From Trypanosoma brucei (taxonomy: Eukaryota), in assembly GCA_000002445.1 (NCBI GenBank), contig CP000068.1, positions 1,184,001 to 1,248,000 on the forward strand: a DNA stretch of 64,000 nt, in the 5' to 3' direction. Each line of letters starts with the position of its first letter. The stretch's first letter is position 1. This document shows, piece after piece, positions 53,765 to 63,630 of this stretch. The translations under genes were made by a program, and so were the position numbers. The notes beneath the pieces are model-generated. The model had not been told where the DNA came from, did not search any database, and saw only the letters and a program-made list of their open reading frames with translations.

Positions 53765-55170
53765 TTTTTTCAGTGAACATCTTACATAAACTTTGGTAGA
53801 AAATCTTAAGCACCTGTTTTGAATAACAACACTTCGGCAGCCTGTGTCGGTTGCTTGTCTTAAAAAGACATTCTTCTGCTTCATTGTACCCCTTTGTTTT
53901 AATACACAAGAATCAAAGAGATTGTTATGAAGGCAAAACGAGAAAAAAAAATGTCGCAAAGGCAAGAAATGCCGGGAATTTAAGAAGACATCCTCCCCGC
54001 CAAAGTTTTTTTTGGCCCAACGAACCGTACGAACTTGTATAGACTGGTGTAGACGAACCGTACCTGATCGAAACGAAAGTGTTTTTAAGCGTGAAGAAAT
54101 GCGATGAAGGACAAATGCGAAAATTCGAGGCAGGGACTTTAGGGAATGCCCAAACACTGTTGAGGATATTTTTAAAAAAAACCTCAGAATAAATCACCAT
54201 CTCGACGCGGTTTCAGAGCCCAATATGTAGGAACGACGGGGAAGGGAACCGAGGACCCGCAGCTAACTCCGCCAGGATTGGGTTACGAAAATAACCACGC
54301 GTGGGGCGTCAACAACAACAGCACACAAAAAAAAAACGCCGTTGCTAACCTGCAAAGCATCGAGGAAAATAATGACCTTTTTCCCTCGGTCTTTTCAGCA
54401 TGATGGCCTTCTCAGCGCAGTGGTGACACAACCTCAGCGGACATTTCCTCACCTTCCTTTGAGTTTATCTAAACTCTTCCCGTATACATCATTTTCTACA
54501 GGCGCAGCTCCTGTGGATAATTCATTCAATATTAAGGTTAATTCCTCCAAAGGGTATGCAAAATGGGTTGGCAGCTCCTCGCTATTGGTAATTCCATCTC
54601 CGAAACTTCGGACGTTTTTGTCCGCCACCTTTTCATATATTTCCACAATCACATTCATAAGTGCTGTTTTGTTGTTTGTTTTTTTGAAGCTCATTCTTCC
54701 ACCCAACACCGCACCCCCCTCCAAACGTCCCGCAATTCTTATCAGCAAAAAACAAAAAAACATTGCTTCATCCCTTTCCTACCTTATGACTCATTTTAAC
54801 AAAAGGAAAACGTTCAGGGAGTGTGAAAGCATAAACAATGACTAAACACGCGGGATTGCCTCAATAACGCATCGCGGAATACAATCACACATTACAGAAA
54901 AGAAATATAACCAATTTTATCACCAGTGCATTTCCCTGCACTTCCCCCCCCCCCTCTCCCTCAAAAAGGAACAAACAAGACGAAGGAAACACAACACACG
55001 AGGGGTTTATATTACATTTATTTATTTTTGGTTCATGCGTATGAAACCATATCCGTATGACACGTTTTTGCGCAGTGCATTGCACTTACTTTTTACACCA
55101 AGTGGATAAAAAGATAAACAAAACAAAAGGAAAAAAGGAAAAGAAACAATGGGAAAACACAATCAAGAAT
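53765..55170. other. Convergent strand-switch region (end of + strand transcription unit meets end of - strand unit); probable RNA polymerase II termination zone
   Basis: All confident genes up to 53764 are on +; all confident genes from 55171 onward are on -. No convincing ORF in between. Confidence 0.6.
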
Positions 55171-56085
55171 TCAGAATATACTGAGGAGCAAAAAAGAAAC
55201 CGCGGTAAAATATATTTTGATGATGAGGAGGGGCAACGGCGATTTAATACCGCCATCTTGTGTAGGGCGATCAACTCCATGCGCCTCAGGGGTGGCGGAG
55301 TTTTCAGGAGGTGGTTCCGTCGTTTCATTTTGTTTATCATTCTGTGATGTCGAGTGGTTTGTATTATTTTTTTTTTCTTGGGCCTGCGGTAACGATTGAT
55401 TTCGATGTGGTAATTGAAGTTTGTTTCGGGTGTCATCGCCTTCAGTGGTGGTTTCATTGTGTTTGTCATTAACTCCATTCCCTCCATTATCAGCAACCTT
55501 TTTATTGTCTTCATTTCTCGGGATTGCTTCCGCATTTTCATTACTTCTATCATCACCTTTCTTCTGATCGGTGACGTTATCATTTCCATGAACGACCGAC
55601 TCTTCTTCTCTATCAGTTTTCGGTTTTTCTTCAGGCGCTGCTTTAATTTCTTCATTGTTTTGAGTTGGCGATGCCTCTCCCTCAGCTTTTCCAACTTGAG
55701 GTGGCTGAGTTCGAATTTGTTGGACGCACTTCACTCGGTCACTGTCTTCCACATCGCAGGTATAATTGGTCTGATTAACGGATATTGTGCAATTTTTGAG
55801 ATATCTGCACAGTGGCAACACTTCCTTCTCTTGCCCATCAATCCTGCACTTACACGTAAAGTTGCTGACGTCAGGGCCGGGCATCCGATCACAAAAACCA
55901 TCGGGATCATCGGAACCATCCACATAGTTCTCCATTACTTCTTCAAGGAATTCGCAGTGTTCTTTTTGGTGTTCCTCCTCCGTTTGTGCGGGAGGGCGGC
56001 CTTTTCCAGGAAATTTCGCGTTCCATGTCTTAGCTTGAATAGCGAATGCACCCGCCAAGACTAAAAACACGACAAATATCCTCAT
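55171..56085 (-). CDS. Putative GPI-anchored surface protein: signal peptide, 8-Cys N-terminal domain, hydrophilic mucin/stalk-like low-complexity region, C-terminal GPI signal
   Basis: Signal MRIFVVFLVLAGAFAIQA. Cys spacing CEF..C..C..CKC..C..C..C..C. Multiple N-glycosylation sequons. E/N/K/D/T/P-rich stalk. Hydrophobic C-terminus SPLPLLIIKIYFTAVSFLLLSIF. Purine-rich (- strand pyrimidine-rich) tract upstream at 56190..56215. Confidence 0.45.
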   Translation of the reverse strand: MRIFVVFLVLAGAFAIQAKTWNAKFPGKGRPPAQTEEEHQKEHCEFLEEVMENYVDGSDDPDGFCDRMPGPDVSNFTCKCRIDGQEKEVLPLCRYLKNCTISVNQTNYTCDVEDSDRVKCVQQIRTQPPQVGKAEGEASPTQNNEEIKAAPEEKPKTDREEESVVHGNDNVTDQKKGDDRSNENAEAIPRNEDNKKVADNGGNGVNDKHNETTTEGDDTRNKLQLPHRNQSLPQAQEKKNNTNHSTSQNDKQNETTEPPPENSATPEAHGVDRPTQDGGIKSPLPLLIIKIYFTAVSFLLLSIF

Positions 56086-56792
56086 TATATTATTCCACTT
56101 GCAATATATTATCTAACTCCGCAAGTGTGTGCAGGTGCATGCAAATGTGAAACATATATTAATTTATTTAGTTTAGACATGTTAAAAATAGAAGAAAAGC
56201 GTCAACTGCCGCAATCGCCCGGCGAGAGTACTGCACACAAAAGACATATGAATATACACCACGCCCACAAAACTTCCGTTCCAGCGATGAAAGTCAAATG
56301 ATTTTTTCTCATTTCCTCGAAAACAGTGTTCCAACACCTTCTTTTCATGAGGTTGATAAATTATGACGTGCATGAATCTCAGCATTACCGTAAAAAATCC
56401 ATCAATGCATTCATACATTTACATCTTGTTAGGAAGGAGGGATTATTAAAAGCGCATGGAAGTGTGACGCTCCAAACTCGGTTTAGTGACATTTGCACGG
56501 GACTATTCTTCCTTCTGTTTACGCTTCTACGTTTTGACCCCGCATCTTATTAAAATAAATGAACTCAAATTAGAGCATCAGAGTGGAATATGGGAAAGGA
56601 AATGAAATATGATTTACAATTGCTGCTGACGTCTTAGCTGTTATGATGTGATATTACAAATGTGTCATGAAATAAACTACAACGCATTGCGATGAAGTGG
56701 GTTGACAGCAGAAACTGAATTTCTTCAGAGGAATATGCTCAACTAAACAACTAATGGCAAAAAGTCGATTCATTACACATCGGATGAACCAA

Positions 56793-56811
56793 AAATAAAT
56801 AAATAAATAAA
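56793..56811 (+). repeat. (AAAT)n microsatellite in the 3' flank of the - strand surface-protein genes
   Basis: aaataaataaataaataaa. Confidence 0.85.
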
Positions 56812-57175
56812 TGAACAGAGATTGATTGTTCACACCGCCTATTTTTTTTTTACGAGAAATTCACAGCGCCGTGTAAACAACACCGAAAGCGATGCATGCG
56901 CAATCCTCATGGCATGGTGGGCAACCTTTATAATAACATAGTTTTTTTTTATAACATTAATGCTGCTGAGACGTTACAGTGAGTTAATTTTAAATAATGA
57001 TACCGTTACGTGATGCCACGAGTCCCTTCTTCCGCATGAAATGAACTTAAACCAAAAATTAAAAAAAAACTAATTAAATAATGTGGCAAATGTCTTTCAT
57101 GTCTCCATCCGCATCTCCGTGTTAACAAAAAGTCGCTACAATCTGGCGGCGTGCCCTACACTTTTGTAAATTTAA

Positions 57176-57200
57176 GGAAAAGGGAAAAAGGGAAAAAGGG
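57176..57200 (+). repeat. (AGGGAAAA)3 short tandem repeat
   Basis: aaggaaaagggaaaaagggaaaaagggagg. Confidence 0.8.
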
Positions 57201-57285
57201 AGGACAAGGGACAATTCAAAGTGTGAAGAAAAAAAAAAAGGAAGCAGCTGGCAAAAAAAGCACTGAGTGGTGGCATGTTTGAAAA

Positions 57286-57320
57286 TAATAATAATAATAA
57301 TATTAATATTAATATTAATA
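57286..57320 (+). repeat. (AAT)n/(ATT)n compound microsatellite
   Basis: aataataataataataatattaatattaatattaata. Confidence 0.9.
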
Positions 57321-58054
57321 TGACGCGTCAATGGTGTTGTTCTTGGGAACAACAAGCTGGAAAGAGGAGAACAGGGGAAAAAAATATGAGGCGTTCCGTA
57401 CGCACATAAAATATGTTAATGAGGGGTAGATAAACATATAGGTAAAACTTATTAACAACAACGTTAAGAACACGTAACAACAAGAAATTAAAAAATCACA
57501 ATGAGAAAAAAAGGAAATAGATATGATCACCAAGAAAAAAAAAAGTTGTGCTAGTTATATTTCTTGTGTGCCTCAGTGTTCCCAAGAATGGGAACATAGA
57601 AACTAAGAAGAGGTTGCAGAGAAGTCGATAAATGCTGTAAAATTACGATAACACTTTAATATATATATATATATATGGAAACCAAAAAAAAAATAGTGGG
57701 AAAACAAGAAAAAAATAAAGAGGGGGACAACGCACAAAAACAAAAATGGTGGCGGCAGTCGTGAAGAGTAAATCCCTTTCTCGATGGCGCAGTAACTGCC
57801 TCTGCACGCGTAAATAAACTGTAAAATACAACAGTGCACTAAAAAGGAAATAATGGGGAAAAGGGCGGGGGAAAGCGTGTGCGCCGCCGAAATATGATCA
57901 ATTTTGGAGTAAAACAAGGAAAAGGGTGAATGGTAATGACGATGGTCAAATGGCAGGGAAATATTCCCATTTGTGGCGACACGCCCACGCTGGTCACATG
58001 AGCAGCAGCAGGATCATCATTAGCTGCGAGCCCCCCCCCCATAATATTTTTTTC

Positions 58055-58873
58055 TTAGAAAGAGAGGGCCGTGGCGGCAAGCATTACGAGAAGGAATTTC
58101 ATTGAAGTACCCACAGCCCCACTCGCTTCATCTTCCTTATCTTCATCGGAGTCGTCATCATCGATTTCAGGGAACTGAGCTGCCTCTTCTTGTGCCTCAC
58201 TCTTGGCATCATCAGCTGCATCGGCAGCCCTAACAGTCTCAGCGGTAGCTTTCTGAAGCTCCTCCAGTTTATTAGCCGCTTCATTCGCCTCCTGGAGGTA
58301 TTCCTCAGCGAAATCTTGCATGTACAGCCCTCTCAGGTTGTGAGCCGCTCTCGTAAGCGCTTCTGGCGTGACGTCGTCAGCAACAGCGGTGGCACATTCT
58401 TTAGCCAACTGCTTAATTGTTTCATTCCCTCCGTGCTCCGCGGCGCCCCTCAGCAAACCACTGAAGACACTTTCATATTCACTCTCAAAGCTGTCAAGCG
58501 CCCGGGCGAAGCGTTTTACTTCCATCGCTGCTGCTTCGGCACGTACAGATGCCTCATACGCCACCGTGGCGGCCTCCCGAGCTCTCTTTGCAGCCTGCTG
58601 CTGTTCCGATGTGCCGCCAACGGCACCCGCCTCCGCACGCTTCGCGGCCTTTTTGCCTTCCTTCGCTGCTTTTTTGCTTTCCTCCAATGCGCCTACAGCC
58701 TCGAACCTCCGCTCTTCCGTCAGTAGCGGAAGTTTACGCAGTTGTTTCGCCACCTCACATAGTGCTTTCGTCTGTTCCAATTCGGCTTCAAGATTATCGT
58801 TCGCGTAGGCGGTCGGTGCGAATATGAAGTGAAGACTGAGGCCGAGCACAAACAAAGCGCGGGAAATCATCAT
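58055..58873 (-). CDS. BARP/GARP-like alanine- and glutamate-rich, predicted helical, GPI-anchored surface protein
   Basis: Signal MMISRALFVLGLSLHFIFAPTAYA. Mature region strongly A/E/K-rich with heptad-like helices. Acidic DDDDSDEDKEDE preceding the hydrophobic C-terminal GPI signal SGAVGTSMKFLLVMLAATALSF. Confidence 0.5.
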   Translation of the reverse strand: MMISRALFVLGLSLHFIFAPTAYANDNLEAELEQTKALCEVAKQLRKLPLLTEERRFEAVGALEESKKAAKEGKKAAKRAEAGAVGGTSEQQQAAKRAREAATVAYEASVRAEAAAMEVKRFARALDSFESEYESVFSGLLRGAAEHGGNETIKQLAKECATAVADDVTPEALTRAAHNLRGLYMQDFAEEYLQEANEAANKLEELQKATAETVRAADAADDAKSEAQEEAAQFPEIDDDDSDEDKEDEASGAVGTSMKFLLVMLAATALSF

Positions 58874-59988
58874 CTTGGAATGGGTTACTGGTTGTTTTCG
58901 CGTGTAGTTGGTGGTGACGTTTTTTCTTTATCACAGAAATGAGCACATGAAGAAAGAGAAGGTGGAAGTACATGAAGAGAGTATGAAATCACAGCGGGAT
59001 AGAGCAGGGCAGTGGAAAGGAAATCACACGAGTTAGTTGGGTGTGGACGGGTCCACTTTCTTCAAGGCGTGTGGTGTCACCACAGTTTCTTCTGTTGAGG
59101 CAGCCGAAACTGTTAAACGTATGAGGGTTGCGTGCACGCGGTTTCATCGCACAGTTTAGCGCAGGTCGACTACCACTGGGGTCGCGATTATTACTGGAAT
59201 GGGTTCTGTTGAAGGATTGCTGTGTCACCTGATGACACACTAACGAGGAGACCTCCACGGACAACGCAGGCACCGATTTGACGCTCGCGCACATCTTTGT
59301 TCCATATCTCCGCGTTTGCAAGGACAAGGTTAATGTTATTGTCGAATCCCTTCAGCACGCCATGCACTTCGCGGTCCTCCAATGAAACAACAACACGACG
59401 ATCCAGATGCGGCTCTAGTGAAAGTATGCTCTCCTTTTTCTTAAGGATGTGTGCCTGCTGTGCCGACATTGCACCACCGAAACACGTATAAACTAGGTTG
59501 CCTCAGCAATGGTAAGGCAGAGGTTAAAAATAGGAGGAAAGGATGCAAGGAAAAAAACAAACATAGTGATGCAGCAAATACCAACACATTTCACACCTTC
59601 ACCACTGCCTCCATGCCTGTTGTCTCACCGGTTTCCCTTTCGATAGTGTTGTTACCATTCCTCCCACAACATTGAGTTCAATGCTGCGTTTGAGTTGTCG
59701 CAAACCTAAAGGTATTGCTGATTGTGTACCTGGGTCTTCAAAAGGACACGAAGAATCGTATGGACACACAGAAACATACACAAGTACGTTCGTAGACCCA
59801 CAAGGTAACGCGCACGCATCCGATAGTCGCTCACTCCGCAACATTGGCTAACCTCAACTCCCTTTTTTGCTTATATCCAAAATTCAGTTTCTTCTCGCCT
59901 CCCCTGCTTCGACCCCACTCACGTGGCTACCATTTCGCATCGTCCATTTCCACCTTCCCCCCCTCCACCCTTTCGAGTGCTATACACT

Positions 59989-62442
59989 TTATGGTGCGTT
60001 CCACTCAAGCGAGCGCGGGAATTGCTCATGGTTTATGAATGGCAAATCCTGCAAATCCTTCTCGTGGTGATGCATCTCCAGTTGCTGTACTGGTATGCTG
60101 TGCAGCAACCACGTTTGATCCTCTTCAAATGGGGTTTGGTCCACTTTTCCTGGAATCTGTTGCATGGGCCAAAGCTTGTTCACATTGTACACTGGTGCTG
60201 GCTCCGCAGAGATTGTAAACTGTTTATCCAAATATTTGGCGGTGTACGCCATCCAGTCCTGCGTGGCGGGTGTCTCGCTCGGCGTTGGTGGAAAACGGCT
60301 GGTTGGTGTATGGTACTCATGTGGGAACCGCTCGGCATTTTGCGGCAAATGAGGAATACTCTTCAGTTTGAATGTCTCCTCCTCCGCGATGGTGCGGGCA
60401 AGCAGCGCATCCGTGGCAGCTTGTGGTCGTAGTTGTGGTTCCACCAACCGTCGCGGCCTCCTCGCCTCCGGAGGCACACGGACAAAATCGAGACCAGAAA
60501 CGTCAGTAATGCCATCATTGACGGCCCGCAACGCTTCTTCGCTACACTGAAGACGCTTCGCTATGGCCACAAGCGTATCATTAGCATGCACACGCTCAAC
60601 CGGGCTGAACTCAGACTCGCTCGTTGACGTCCAGCAGGAAAGTGGGGCAACCAGTTCCGTTACTGAAGAATCAAACTCGCCCGCTTCGCTCTCTTTCTTC
60701 TGGTATGTCAGAGCGGCATGACCGTTACACTGTTGCAGCTCCTCTACTGTGCAATCAAGAATTGCTGCCGCCTCCTCCCATGTCCGAATACGCTCCCCAT
60801 CCTTCGCTGATGTTGTTTTTAGCGGAAGTACAAGTGGAGTCGCCCCAAAGCTTGTAAGTCTCCGTGTGGCAGTCACGGGGACATTAATCACAACTCCTGC
60901 CTCGATTGTCTCACGCTCCGCGTTCGCATCCTTCAATTCACCGACACTGCAACCCAAGCGCTGCGCCACGGCATCCCAGTTTTCACCTTCACGGACAGTG
61001 TCAGTGCTCAGTCGGTTTACTGGTGCCGACTGCCAGTCTAAAGCAAAGGAAAACATACGGTGATGTTCGTGCGTCGTTGGTGTCGCCGGGTCGTGTTCTG
61101 TAGGGAAAACCGCAGAATCGTGTATCACGTTACGTCGATAAATGGTGTGAAACTCGCAGGACGTCTGACGATGCAACCAGTGGCGTATATCGTACATGCG
61201 CTTCTCAAATTCCGTGCTTTGAAAGGGCAACTTGCATATTATTACCCTAAAGAACTTGCGAAACTCGTAGTGGGCTGTCGACATCTCAAGTTCTGTAAAT
61301 GAGGTGTCAGAAGAAGATGTCCAAAACTCGGCCATACGCACCCACGGCTCCAGTTTCTCAACGTGTGGCCATGATGTGTGCGGATCGTATATGTTTGTCG
61401 CACCTGGTACCGGTACATTACAACGGTTGATGACACTTAGACATTGCTCTTCTAGGCGCCGCAGGTCAGAGCGCAGGAAATTTGCGACCTCCTCCTTATC
61501 GTATTCATCATACCCCCCAAACGGACCGGCGCGGGCACAGTTGAATGCAGCGAGCAACTCCGGATCCACCGCACCTCCCTGCAGCAACCGACGTACCGCC
61601 ACCAACTTCTCCTCCACTATTTGGCGACCCACATCCTTCAAGAACATGCAAACATCCTCAGCCAGCTTCATCACGTGGTGATCCCAAAATCCTTCCAGAA
61701 CAATTTTGTAGGTTACCTCGGAACCACGAATACCATCCTCCTCGGTGTTCTCAAACACAAAGCGCCTATTTCGCACTTTGGCCACTTCATATTCGTACCA
61801 ATCCTCTGTTTTCCACTGGAAGGGGAACACACTTCGATCAGCGTTAATTTTTCCGGCATAAGACGGTATAGGCTCGAGCCGCCCGACGTCACGTTGCACT
61901 TCCAAAGGACTGAGAATGCGAGCGTGCTGGTGATGCTCACGCACAGCGCGATCCATTATGGTCTCCAGTGTGGGTGGTGGCGTTTTTTGATTCGCTTCGT
62001 TCATCTTCGTCAAGTAGGCGTCACGGAAGGGAAAACCTTTCTGTCCATTCCCACGGGACTTGCGTGGGTCAAATCTGGCGAACTCCCGCATGTATTGTAC
62101 ATACTCCCGGCCCTTCGCGTCGAATTCGTTGAACGGACGGAAGCGAAATGCATTCGGTGGCGCGCTTGCGCTCCACGGCCGATAATCTCCCATATGATGC
62201 GTCATGGAAGTACAGATATACCAACTGTCAACGTATTGGTCCTCAGGCACATCCGGGCGCACAAGTGGGCCGCGAATACTCATGGGAAATTTGTCGTCAA
62301 TAGGATCGATAAACTCGTTAGTTTTGGTGCTGTTCATGCTTTGTGGTGCAGCAACGGGGGCCGGACCGTCAAACTTTGGCATTTGCGTGGGCATTCGGTA
62401 CCGCGACCAATAGTACGCAACCACATGACTACGTCTAACCAT
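59989..62442 (-). CDS. Hypothetical 817-aa protein with three LysM-like repeats in its C-terminal half
   Basis: Repeats GENWDAVAQRLGCSVGELKDANAE..IEAGVVINVP, WEEAAAILDCTVEELQQCNGHAALTY and NDTLVAIAKRLQCSEEALRAVNDGITDVSGLDFVRVP fit the LysM pattern (D-T-L-x-x-I-A-x-r-x-x-x-s-x-x-x-L-x-x-x-N...G-x-x-L-x-V-P). Confidence 0.5.
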   Translation of the reverse strand: MVRRSHVVAYYWSRYRMPTQMPKFDGPAPVAAPQSMNSTKTNEFIDPIDDKFPMSIRGPLVRPDVPEDQYVDSWYICTSMTHHMGDYRPWSASAPPNAFRFRPFNEFDAKGREYVQYMREFARFDPRKSRGNGQKGFPFRDAYLTKMNEANQKTPPPTLETIMDRAVREHHQHARILSPLEVQRDVGRLEPIPSYAGKINADRSVFPFQWKTEDWYEYEVAKVRNRRFVFENTEEDGIRGSEVTYKIVLEGFWDHHVMKLAEDVCMFLKDVGRQIVEEKLVAVRRLLQGGAVDPELLAAFNCARAGPFGGYDEYDKEEVANFLRSDLRRLEEQCLSVINRCNVPVPGATNIYDPHTSWPHVEKLEPWVRMAEFWTSSSDTSFTELEMSTAHYEFRKFFRVIICKLPFQSTEFEKRMYDIRHWLHRQTSCEFHTIYRRNVIHDSAVFPTEHDPATPTTHEHHRMFSFALDWQSAPVNRLSTDTVREGENWDAVAQRLGCSVGELKDANAERETIEAGVVINVPVTATRRLTSFGATPLVLPLKTTSAKDGERIRTWEEAAAILDCTVEELQQCNGHAALTYQKKESEAGEFDSSVTELVAPLSCWTSTSESEFSPVERVHANDTLVAIAKRLQCSEEALRAVNDGITDVSGLDFVRVPPEARRPRRLVEPQLRPQAATDALLARTIAEEETFKLKSIPHLPQNAERFPHEYHTPTSRFPPTPSETPATQDWMAYTAKYLDKQFTISAEPAPVYNVNKLWPMQQIPGKVDQTPFEEDQTWLLHSIPVQQLEMHHHEKDLQDLPFINHEQFPRSLEWNAP

Positions 62443-62612
62443 TCGGTATCCTGCCGCTGCGCCCGCAGGAGTTCACACCCCCTTCGCCTCCGCAGACAAT
62501 AACTATATTTCTTCTCGCAACACAGAAAAAAGGAGGGAGAGGTCAAAATCTGCTAGTGTGATGTGGCAACAAAAAAGTTGGGGGAAAAGTTTAACTTGAG
62601 CACTGTGTGAAC

Positions 62613-63355
62613 TCACCTGCACCATTGAGCAGCAACAACAGATTGAAACATGCAACGAACCCAGTTTTCCAGTGACTGTATCCCAACCGCTTTGAAAAGT
62701 AATTTGTGATATATGTCACGAACCCCCACGCGCGGTTGGGTTTGAAGCATCTTCCAGCACCCACCCGAATTGTCGAATGAGTTCCTCCTTCGATCGGCAC
62801 GTCGCGGTATCGACTGCAGCCTCAAGTGCTTCAGGAGCAGAGGCCTCATGGACGGTGGGAAACACGGAAAACCACAGCATTCCCTCGAATACGCCCCGAA
62901 CCAGCGCTACTTTACCGTTGTGTCGGCTCTTCGAAAAGTAGACAATGTCACCGGGTGCGAAACCAAAGCCCGTGTCGGGCGACACATTCAGTAAGATGCT
63001 ATCTCCTGATTTAGTTGTTGCTTTCATACGTTATACCGCTTCTCATCAATACGCAAACCGAGGAAGAAGAAAAACAAATGAAGAAGTCGAAAAGAAAAAA
63101 AATTGATGGCGCGAGGGTGAACCAATTGTCCAGCACGATAAGTAAAATGTTTTGGTTGCTGCTGTTGTTATTTGCTAGCACGCTTCCGCACGCTACATTT
63201 AGGCGATCGAAAGTTCTATACCGAACGGATTCACCTACGCAACTTTTTCTCTTTCTCTCCCCGCACGAATACCGCAAGTGACAACTGGCTTTGCGCCGTG
63301 AAACCGAAAATGATCTGCCGTCCAACCGGGGAGGGAAGGGGTCAATGATGCACAA
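62613..63355 (-). pseudogene. Frame-fragmented signal-peptidase S26 / mitochondrial inner-membrane-peptidase (IMP)-like gene: hydrophobic N-terminus, catalytic-Ser region and C-terminal box lie in three different frames
   Basis: ORF 63011..63355 gives the hydrophobic anchor (ILLIVLDNWFTLAPSIFFLFDFFICF...VLMRSG). ORF 62716..63027 gives KSGDSILLNV...APGDIVYFSKSRHNGKVALVRGVFEG (cf. IMP2 GASMQPSL...GDIVSLVSP...IKRVIALEGD). ORF 62613..62849 gives SIPRRADRRRNSFDNSGG (cf. [24 protein letters not shown]). Confidence 0.4.
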
Positions 63356-63630
63356 TCAAACGCCACACACATACGCATGTGTATTCCCGTCATGCAGCTA
63401 AACAACAAGTGAAGTGAGTCAACCGAGTAAATATTCATCTAAACGTTCACGCATCCGCATGATTGTACATACTTGGTCATGCGCCACCTTCGCGTGATCA
63501 ATCACAACGCAAAGTCAACGCTGCCAAGTGAAACTTCACACCAAACTCTGAAGATGTGAAATATGCTACGGTAACAGGAAACCACCGGCTTGCGGTGATG
63601 AAAACTTACAAAACATGCGAGACCTCCTCC

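Noticed and set aside
55086-56064. ORFs 55086..55694 (-) and 55414..56064 (+) overlapping the Cys-rich surface-protein gene
   Set aside because: Both are K/R/E- or F/I-rich translations of the same low-complexity stalk region. Only the 55171..56085 frame has a signal peptide, ordered cysteines and a GPI tail.
58190-58827. Three + strand ORFs antisense to the BARP-like gene
   Set aside because: Ala/Ser/Arg-rich mirror translations of the GC-rich alanine codons. The - strand frame has the signal peptide and GPI signal.
61621-62502. 293-aa + strand ORF antisense to the LysM-repeat gene
   Set aside because: Fully embedded in the longer, motif-bearing - strand ORF; no features of its own.
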